From the NCBI GenBank assembly GCA_003056265.1, contig NBVN01000002.1:60001-92000 (forward strand): a stretch of 32,000 nucleotides of DNA. The letters run 5' to 3'. Position numbers and translations under genes: made by a program. This stretch comes from Zestosphaera tikiterensis (lineage in GTDB: Archaea; Thermoproteota; Thermoprotei_A; Sulfolobales; NBVN01). The notes beneath the pieces were generated by a model. That model searched no databases, had not been told where the DNA came from, and saw only the letters and a program-made list of their open reading frames with translations. Positions 25,479 through 32,000 of the stretch are shown here, one piece after another; the stretch's first letter is position 1; each line of letters starts with the position of its first letter.

Positions 25479-25746
25479 TTTGCGTCCTCATATTCTCCTT
25501 GTACTTTGACTTTTAAAATAAAAGGTAAAAGATATTAAAGACTCCAAGATAAAGATCTAGCAATAACAAGTCTTTGAATTTCTGATGATCCTTTCCCCTA
25601 CTGTCATTATCTTAAAATCTCTATGATATTTCTTAACTAGTAGAATATTTAACTAATATTTCCCTTTTCTTTAAACTTCTTTGAGATATTAAAGAAAGAA
25701 AAAAACTTATTAATTTTGCTGTTAAGCTACATCTGTAGGCGATAAA

Positions 25747-25983
25747 ATGTCTTCTGAAGAGATCCCTTCTAAAGTAATGAAAATGGAAAAGAAAAAAGCT
25801 CCTTTATTAGTCCCTGAGTTTGGTCCATTAAAGGGAATTGTTGTTCCTAAATTCAGTAAAACCCCAGGTAAGGTGTGGAGAGGGTTCCCCGCATTAGGGC
25901 AAGGCACTGAAACTATACTTAAGAAACTATTAGATTACAGCGATGAAGAAATTAAGATGTTCAAAGAAAAGAAAATTATTTGA
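25747..25983 (+). pseudogene. remnant of the C-terminal tail of a family III CoA-transferase (CaiB/BaiF-like)
   Basis: The 78-aa ORF ends in VPKFSKTPGKVWRGFPALGQGTETILKKLLDYSDEEIKMFKEKKII. This matches only the last ~50 aa of ~400-aa family III CoA-transferases (consensus P-LGEHT-E-L-ELGYS-EEI--L---GVI as I remember it). AT-rich non-coding DNA lies upstream. Confidence 0.55.
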
Positions 25984-25994
25984 GGTGAAATGTT

Positions 25995-27143
25995 ATGGAA
26001 GGATATCCATATTTTGAGGAATTTCATAAAGACGTTGTTGATGTTGCTAGAAAAGCCGCAGAAGAATTTGCGCGGACTGCTGCTGAAGCGGATGAAAAAG
26101 AGGATTATACAATAATTGAGAGAAATCTAAAGAGATTAGGGGAGCTTGGATTTCTTGGCATAAGGATACCGACACAATATGAAGGTCAAGGACTAGATGT
26201 AAGGAGTTATGTCCTTGCACTCGAAGAAATTGCTAAGGCTTGCCCTTCTACAGCACTTTCATACGACGCTCACGTTCTCGCTACGGACTGTATCTTGCTA
26301 GCGGGAAATGAAGATCAAAAGAAAAGATACCTTCCTAAACTAGCTAAAACACATATTGGTGCTTTTGCACTTTCAGAACCATATGCCGGCTCAGACGTTG
26401 CTGCGATAAGGACGTTAGCAGAGCTTAGAAACGGTAAATACATATTGAGAGGAGAAAAACACTTCATCACTAACGGAAAAATAGCAGATGTGATAATAGT
26501 ATTTGCGAAAACTGACCCCTCTAAGGGAGCAAAAGGAATTACCGCCTTCATAATTGAAAAGGACGCTCCTGGATTGAAGATAGGAAAGCTCGAATCAAAG
26601 ATGGGTGTAAGAGGTTCCCCTACTACCCAGATATTTTTAGATGGGGTGGAAGTGCCGAAGGAGAACGTGCTTGGTAAGGTAAACGAAGGGTTCAAAATAG
26701 CTATGGAAGCTTTGGATATTGCAAGGATAGCGGTTGCGGCTCAGTCTATTGGAATTTCAAAAGCAGCCTATGAAACGGCATTGAAATACGCTAAGGAAAG
26801 AATTCAGTTTGGCCAACCGATTATCAACTTCCAGACAATTCAGTTTATGCTCGCTGACATGTACGTGAAAATAAAAGCTTCAGAAGGACTAACTTATCAC
26901 GCTGCCTGGCTAGCTGACAGAGGGGAAAAGGTAACCCTCCGGGCATCCGTAGCTAAGCTCTTTGCTAGTGAAGCAGCTTTGGAGATCACCGACAAAGCCA
27001 TACAAATACTCGGAGGAGTAGGTTATACCAGAGATTTCCCTGTTGAAAGGCTTCACAGAGATGCTAAAGCAATGACAATTGGAGAAGGAACATCAGAAAT
27101 ACAGAGACTTATTATAGCGAGGAATATAATTTCAAGCAAATAA
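25995..27143 (+). CDS. acyl-CoA dehydrogenase (short/medium-chain, butyryl-CoA dehydrogenase-like)
   Basis: 382 aa with [34 protein letters not shown] and the C-terminal [22 protein letters not shown], which holds the catalytic Glu region. This is the canonical ACAD pattern. Confidence 0.85.
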   Translation: MEGYPYFEEFHKDVVDVARKAAEEFARTAAEADEKEDYTIIERNLKRLGELGFLGIRIPTQYEGQGLDVRSYVLALEEIAKACPSTALSYDAHVLATDCILLAGNEDQKKRYLPKLAKTHIGAFALSEPYAGSDVAAIRTLAELRNGKYILRGEKHFITNGKIADVIIVFAKTDPSKGAKGITAFIIEKDAPGLKIGKLESKMGVRGSPTTQIFLDGVEVPKENVLGKVNEGFKIAMEALDIARIAVAAQSIGISKAAYETALKYAKERIQFGQPIINFQTIQFMLADMYVKIKASEGLTYHAAWLADRGEKVTLRASVAKLFASEAALEITDKAIQILGGVGYTRDFPVERLHRDAKAMTIGEGTSEIQRLIIARNIISSK

Positions 27144-27610
27144 TAAAGTGTTTTATTGGTGTATTTCTCACTTCATCAATTATCGATGTAAATAAAGGAA
27201 AAGTAGTATTTTGCGTCTTCTAAAATAGTCGTGCTATGAAACCGGTTCCTATTATAAAGAAAGCGAAAATTCAGCGTGAAAAAGGAACTGTTATGGAGTC
27301 TTTTGTGCTTCAAGATCAATTTCTTCGATCTCCACATATAATTGAAATAGTTGTCAGATAAAAATAAGACAGGAAGGTAAGTAACTGTAATGAGCGCGAC
27401 TCTTGCAAGCATGAGAAGCCTTAAGAAAAGCTTTCACAAAGAGAAGTGCGGTAGAGCTGTTTCTTTTTGATAGGAAGTTTATGAAAGCTAATACGGTCAA
27501 TATATTTATCACAGAATTCGTTTGTGATGATTAGGTTTATTTAATTGTCTGAATAGGAGTTTTAATAGAGTTTCGTTAATCAATGAAGCTTTGGCGTTTT
27601 TCATATGTAG

Positions 27611-28394
27611 GAGGGAGTTAAGGATGGTAGGAAATTCACGAAAACTCTAGAATACTATACGTCAAAGAAGCCTCTGGTCGTTATTAAATTAGGACGTACT
27701 TTAAGTGGTGCTAAAGCTGCTGCTTCACATACTGGAGCCATGGCGGGTAAAGATGAACTCTACGATGCTATGTTTAAGAAATACGGCGTTATTCGAGTTT
27801 ATGAGTTCGATGACATGTTTAACATAGCTCTAGCATTTGCTAATCTTCCATTACCTAAAGGGGATAGGGTTGGAGTTATATCGGCTGGTGGAGGATGGTG
27901 TGTAGAAGCCTCTGATGCTCTTGAGAGCTTAGGACTTAAACTACCTCCACTTCCAGAACACGTGATTAAGGAATAAGGAAATGGACATGATCTTACCTCC
28001 CTTTTGGAATAGGAGAAATCCTATGGATCTTGTAGCTAGTGTAGATCCAGAACACTTTAAAATTGCTACTGAACTTTTAATGAAGGAAGATAGTTTTGAT
28101 AGATTAATGCTTCAAGGCTATGGAAATTTTGGTAGAATACCGAACTTACCTTTTATCATACCTAAGGAGGACGCCATAGCTAAGGAGATAGCAGATCTTG
28201 TTAAGAAATATGAAAAACCGCTAATTGTTGTCAACGTATTTGGTGGGGAATTTAGTAATGTTAAGGTCTTTGAGGAAAATGGAGTTCCAGTATATTTATC
28301 CATTCAAAAAGCCGCAAAAGTAGTAAAAGCTTTAGTTGACTACGCACATTACCTAAAATTACTAAAAGAAAAAGTAAGAATAAAAATAGATTAG
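27611..28394 (+). pseudogene. truncated and frameshifted remnant of an ADP-forming acetyl-CoA synthetase (ACD) alpha subunit
   Basis: The frame is open from 27611 and reads EGVKDGRKFTKTLEYYTSKKPLVVIKLGRTLSGAKAAASHTGAMAGKDELYDAMF...GVISAGGGWCVEASDALESLGLKLPPLPEHVIKE, ending at stop 27974-27976. It continues in another frame (open from 27966) as ...ILPPFWNRRNPMDLVAS.... This matches the C-terminal ~55% of archaeal ACD alpha as I remember it. The N-terminal CoA-binding half is missing. Confidence 0.65.
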
Positions 28395-28592
28395 ACGTTT
28401 CTAAATAACATCATAATAACATCTAATGTTCCCCTCTCATAACATCTCTTTAAAGTACTTTGCCTTACCTATAGATAGCGTTAGGTTAGGAAGTTGAAGC
28501 ATGCGCTACGTTGCTTTACGGACCTTCGTTTTTGAAGATATACGCGTTGAAATATATAAGTTTACTTCTCGAGTATAGAGTGATGGTCTACC

Positions 28593-29894
28593 ATGTCCTC
28601 ACAGTCTGAGGTTTTAGTTGATGAATACACTAACGGTGTGTTAGGCCCTCATAGTAGGATGGTCGGGCCTGTAGCGGATGGTGGGAGGATTGTGTTTATA
28701 ACCGCGCCTGGTTGTTGGGGGCCTATGATAACCCCGACTCTCAGAGGTGGTCATGAGGTTACGTTGCCTGTGGCTGTTGAGGGTGCTAGGGTTGGAGACG
28801 CTGTTGTGATTTACGTTGAGTCTGTTAAGGTGTTGTCGAAAGCCTCCTCTTCAGGTGTGGATAGACCTGTTGAGGGTTCTTACGTAGGAGATCCTTACGT
28901 GATGAAGGTATGTCCGAGCTGTAGGGAGCCCTGGCCTGACTTCGAGGTTTTAGGCGTTGGTGAGGAGAGCATTAAGTGTAGGAAGTGTGGGTCGCCAGCG
29001 TCGCCGTTTAGGATGGTTCACGGCTATACTTTAGTTTTCGATGAGGTTAAGCGTTTTGGAGTTACTGTTGATTTAAAGCTAGCGTTGGAGATCGCTAGAG
29101 ACGCTAGGTCTTGGAGTTCATTACCTGCTAAGTCAAAGCAGGTGCCTGTTTTAACTTTAGGTAAGGCTGACTTAGTCGGTGTAGTGTCTAGGTTGAGGCC
29201 TTTCCCAGGTCAACTCGGTACAACACCGGCTGTGGACATACCCGACTCCCACAACGCCGGTGATTTCGGTTACTTCCTTATAGACGCTCCACACCCCTAC
29301 AGAATAACGAGAGAGCAGTATGAAAGGGATTTAACAGACGGTCATTTAGACGTTGACTCGGTTAGGGAGGGTGCGGTAGTTATAGCTCCAGTTAAAGTTG
29401 ATGGGGGTGGTGTGTACGCTGGCGACGTACACGCAATGCAGGGGGATGGGGAGGTAGCTGGCCACACAACAGACGTATCTGCTGAGACGCGCGTTAAGAT
29501 AAACGTAGTTAAGAATCTTAAGCTTGAGGGTCCAATCCTCCTACCGCCGGAGGAAGACCTACCGCCGCTTGCTAGGCCTTGGAGGAAAGATGAGTGGGAT
29601 GAAATCCTTAAAACCGCTAGAAAACTTGGGGTGGAGCCGGAGCCGGTAGCGCCACTACAGATAATAGGGTCTGGACCCAACATAAATGAAGCCGCTAAGA
29701 AAGGCTTTGAACGAGCTGCTAAACTCTTCAACATGAAGTTTGAGGAGGTATTAAATAGAGTTACGATAACTGGAGCGGTTGAAATCGGTAGGTTACCAGG
29801 CATTGTGCAGGTATCCATGCAGGTACCGCTGAAAACCTTAGAAAAACTTGGAATAGATGAAATCGTAGTTAAACACTATAAACTCCCATTCTAG
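28593..29894 (+). CDS. acetamidase/formamidase (FmdA/AmdA) family protein
   Basis: 433 aa. GDVHAMQGDGEVAGHTTDVSAE is the family signature segment. A Cys cluster CPSC...CRKCG is also present. Confidence 0.75.
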   Translation: MSSQSEVLVDEYTNGVLGPHSRMVGPVADGGRIVFITAPGCWGPMITPTLRGGHEVTLPVAVEGARVGDAVVIYVESVKVLSKASSSGVDRPVEGSYVGDPYVMKVCPSCREPWPDFEVLGVGEESIKCRKCGSPASPFRMVHGYTLVFDEVKRFGVTVDLKLALEIARDARSWSSLPAKSKQVPVLTLGKADLVGVVSRLRPFPGQLGTTPAVDIPDSHNAGDFGYFLIDAPHPYRITREQYERDLTDGHLDVDSVREGAVVIAPVKVDGGGVYAGDVHAMQGDGEVAGHTTDVSAETRVKINVVKNLKLEGPILLPPEEDLPPLARPWRKDEWDEILKTARKLGVEPEPVAPLQIIGSGPNINEAAKKGFERAAKLFNMKFEEVLNRVTITGAVEIGRLPGIVQVSMQVPLKTLEKLGIDEIVVKHYKLPF

Positions 29895-29931
29895 GGAGGC
29901 CGATCTTTTACCTTATAAAGCTTTTTTAAGT

Positions 29932-30261
29932 TTAAAACATCATTAGGTAAATTACAAGCAGCATCGTGAATAACACTAAAGCAAGCACGGCGATCAACGT
30001 TTTCGAAAGGTTTAACGGACTACCATACCTTGTTAATTCCTTCCGCGCCTCAGCCATCAACCTACTTTCAAGCTCAGGTAGATTCAAATGATTTTGAGGC
30101 GGAACCACTTCAAGCAAATCCCCCTTCTCACTCACCACATACATCTTTAACTTCATAACTCGAACCCTACTTAAACTTAACGATCTCCACACAAACACAG
30201 CTATAAACACAGCAATTTGAATTAACGCAATCACCAACGCTTCAACAAACCCCACCCACAT
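29932..30261 (-). CDS. hypothetical membrane protein (109 aa)
   Basis: Hydrophobic helices at both ends (VEALVIALIQIAVFIAVFVW and LIAVLALVLFTMLLVIYLMMF). No recognised family. Confidence 0.45.
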   Translation of the reverse strand: MWVGFVEALVIALIQIAVFIAVFVWRSLSLSRVRVMKLKMYVVSEKGDLLEVVPPQNHLNLPELESRLMAEARKELTRYGSPLNLSKTLIAVLALVLFTMLLVIYLMMF

Positions 30262-30693
30262 TACCTAATAACTAAGGCTCATGAAACACGACTTAATCTT
30301 TTAATCGTCAAGTTATATATTAATAGAAAACTTATAAGTTTTCCCTCCCTCTTCAAGTAGTAAGCTAGCTTACCATCTCTTAAAGGGCATCGCACCATCA
30401 AATAAGGAACGATGCCGGAGCTGATAAACCATTCAATGCTTCGATAGATAAAACACCGACGACTTCAATTAAAGCATCATCAGCCGATAAGCACATTAAA
30501 CCCAACACACGGAACATCACATATCTACACAATACATAAATATACTGAATCGTGATTCACTCACATTACTAAAAACTAAACCCGCTGATTCCTCATCCTC
30601 TGGCGCTTGATTAAAATCCCAGAAAATCTAGGTTTTAACGCCGTTAAAGTTAGGTACGCGTGCGTTTTAGCGTGGTTTGATTGGTTTTGTTTT

Positions 30694-32000
30694 TTACTTT
30701 ACGTTATTGAGTGTTTCATGACTTGCCTCATGTGCTGGGGAGTCTTTTCTTGTGGGTACTTGAGATATGTATATCGTATTGTCTTTAGAGATTAAGAAGG
30801 AGGTTGCTATTGCAACCATCGCGTTAGGTAGCATTTGCAGGCCTGAAGTCATTTCGGTAACCATCAGTAAAGTAGCTATTGGGACTCTTCCAGCTGCGGC
30901 AAAGAAGCTTATCATACCTATTATGACGAATGGGGCTATGTTGGGTACGATACTTGGGAAGAGGTGTTTGAAGATAAGGCCTACGTTCGCACCTACATAC
31001 GCGCCTATGAATAGGCCTGGAGCGAAAACGCCTCCACTACCTCCGGATGCTATCGAGAATGAAGTCGCCAGTATTTTCAGGAATGGTAGGAGCGCTATTA
31101 AAAGTAGTGGGGGAAGGATTGGAGAGTATAACGCAGCAAACCTTTCATACTCAATTAAGTTTACCCAACCATAGCCAGGTCCAAGCACTTCCGGAGCTAT
31201 TAAAGCGATTAACCCCGTCACCACCCCACCCACTGCTGGCTTTATATGGTTCGGCATTCTTAACTTTTTGAAGAACGTGTTAACTTTGTAGAATGTCTTA
31301 ATGTATAAGATAGCTACCAAGCCTGTGGCGAGTCCTAAAACCGCGTACATAGGTAGTTTAAGTGGGTTATATACTTCATAGTAAGGCCCGAAAACCGGGG
31401 TGAAGCCAAATACGCTTCCGAAAATCGCGTAACCAATCGCTGAAGCTATAATAGCTGGGTAAATAACCTCAGATTCTATATCTCTTTTGTAGAGTATTTC
31501 AGCCGCTAGGATTGCGCCTCCAATCGGTGCTTTGAAGATCGCTCCCACACCAGCACCGAGTCCGACAGCCAACGCTATCCTTCTATCCTTCGGGCTTAAA
31601 CGAAGTAAGTCAGCGATGACTGAGCCTACACCAGCTGAAAATAATGCTGTAGGTCCTTCCCTACCGGCACTACCTCCAGAACCTATGGTTACTGCGGAAG
31701 CTATGATTTTAACTGGTATTACAGACCACCTTATCTTGCCTTGACGGAAGTGATATGCTTTTATTGCTGCGTCAGTGCCGTGACCTTCAGCCTCGGGGGC
31801 GAAGGTATACACTATAAGACCGGAGATCAACCCACCAACAGTTGTTGAAATCGGTATGAGGAGGTAGTTTCCGGGGTTGAACGTGAAATCTAACGTACCG
31901 CCTTCACCAAGCGGTTTTGGACTGCTCATACCTATGAAGTAAGTTATGAACACCTCTTCAAATAGTTGAAGCAATATATAGAACGTAACTGCCGTTAAAC
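30694..32000 (-). CDS. ClC-family voltage-gated chloride channel / H+-Cl- antiporter (N-terminus beyond the right window edge)
   Basis: Motifs [21 protein letters not shown]-type ([12 protein letters not shown]) and [15 protein letters not shown] (GxFxP). The ORF track starts it at TTG 31974, but the frame stays open to 32000 (...LTAVTFYIL), so it is probably partial. Confidence 0.8.
   Translation of the reverse strand, partial: LTAVTFYILLQLFEEVFITYFIGMSSPKPLGEGGTLDFTFNPGNYLLIPISTTVGGLISGLIVYTFAPEAEGHGTDAAIKAYHFRQGKIRWSVIPVKIIASAVTIGSGGSAGREGPTALFSAGVGSVIADLLRLSPKDRRIALAVGLGAGVGAIFKAPIGGAILAAEILYKRDIESEVIYPAIIASAIGYAIFGSVFGFTPVFGPYYEVYNPLKLPMYAVLGLATGLVAILYIKTFYKVNTFFKKLRMPNHIKPAVGGVVTGLIALIAPEVLGPGYGWVNLIEYERFAALYSPILPPLLLIALLPFLKILATSFSIASGGSGGVFAPGLFIGAYVGANVGLIFKHLFPSIVPNIAPFVIIGMISFFAAAGRVPIATLLMVTEMTSGLQMLPNAMVAIATSFLISKDNTIYISQVPTRKDSPAHEASHETLNNVK

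Noticed and set aside
25583-25640. C/D-box sRNA candidate (TGATGA at 25583-25588)
   Set aside because: No properly spaced CUGA D or D' box and no terminal stem follow it. A similar check of CTGATGATG on the minus strand at 30474-30482 also found no D box.
27176-27412. 78-aa minus-strand ORF in AT-rich DNA after the ACAD gene
   Set aside because: The product is Asn/Phe/Leu/Tyr-rich and typical of random AT-rich sequence. There is no motif and no start context.
29342-31744. Antisense ORFs within the formamidase gene (29342-29818) and the ClC gene (30767-31174, 31047-31271, 31532-31744), and 30607-30795
   Set aside because: These are shadow frames opposite genes with clear family signatures (GDGEV; GREGP/GxFxP).
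1-32000. CRISPR arrays, rRNA genes, additional tRNAs
   Set aside because: No regularly spaced direct repeats of 24-40 nt and no rRNA-like conserved segments were seen. Only one cloverleaf (tRNA-Gln) could be folded by eye. A covariance-model scan would be needed to exclude small ncRNAs.

Overview
This window looks like a chromosomal segment from an archaeon, probably a hyperthermophilic crenarchaeote (Thermoproteota). That placement is an inference from gene content: archaeosine TGT, aMBF1, Trm56, TFE, an intron-containing tRNA, many overlapping or GTG/TTG-started genes, and TATA-like boxes about 26 nt upstream of starts. Positions 1-7371 hold a compact information-processing and tRNA-modification block (tgtA, Sm-like, mbf1, hflX, trm56, tfe, an embedded C5 cytosine methyltransferase, a SPOUT-like ORF, tRNA-Gln with intron), followed by a nucleoside phosphorylase and a class II aldolase. 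Positions 7433-16820 are the most interesting part and form a visibly AT-richer island. Two paralogous zinc-ribbon mini-proteins precede a tightly coupled four-gene cassette: a 958-aa DUF1156-type amino-methyltransferase with an inserted Zn ribbon, a 1054-aa DUF499/BrxC-like P-loop ATPase, a 131-aa unknown, and an 810-aa SNF2/DEAH helicase with a C-terminal PD-(D/E)xK-like domain. This reads as a BREX-like DNA-modification defence candidate that lacks PglZ, BrxL and a classical restriction enzyme. I know of no established mechanism for it. Downstream lie a Gly-rich membrane protein, a NadB-like flavoprotein, a PspC-domain protein, and a TnpB-like RuvC protein that has lost its zinc finger and follows a repeat-bearing non-coding region. 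After that come a GlcD/D-LDH-like oxidase with EtfAB, and a second low-GC patch holding an intact acyl-CoA dehydrogenase flanked by decayed gene fragments (CoA-transferase tail, ACD alpha remnant). The window ends with a formamidase-family gene and a partial ClC channel gene. I saw no CRISPR array, rRNA or integrase.
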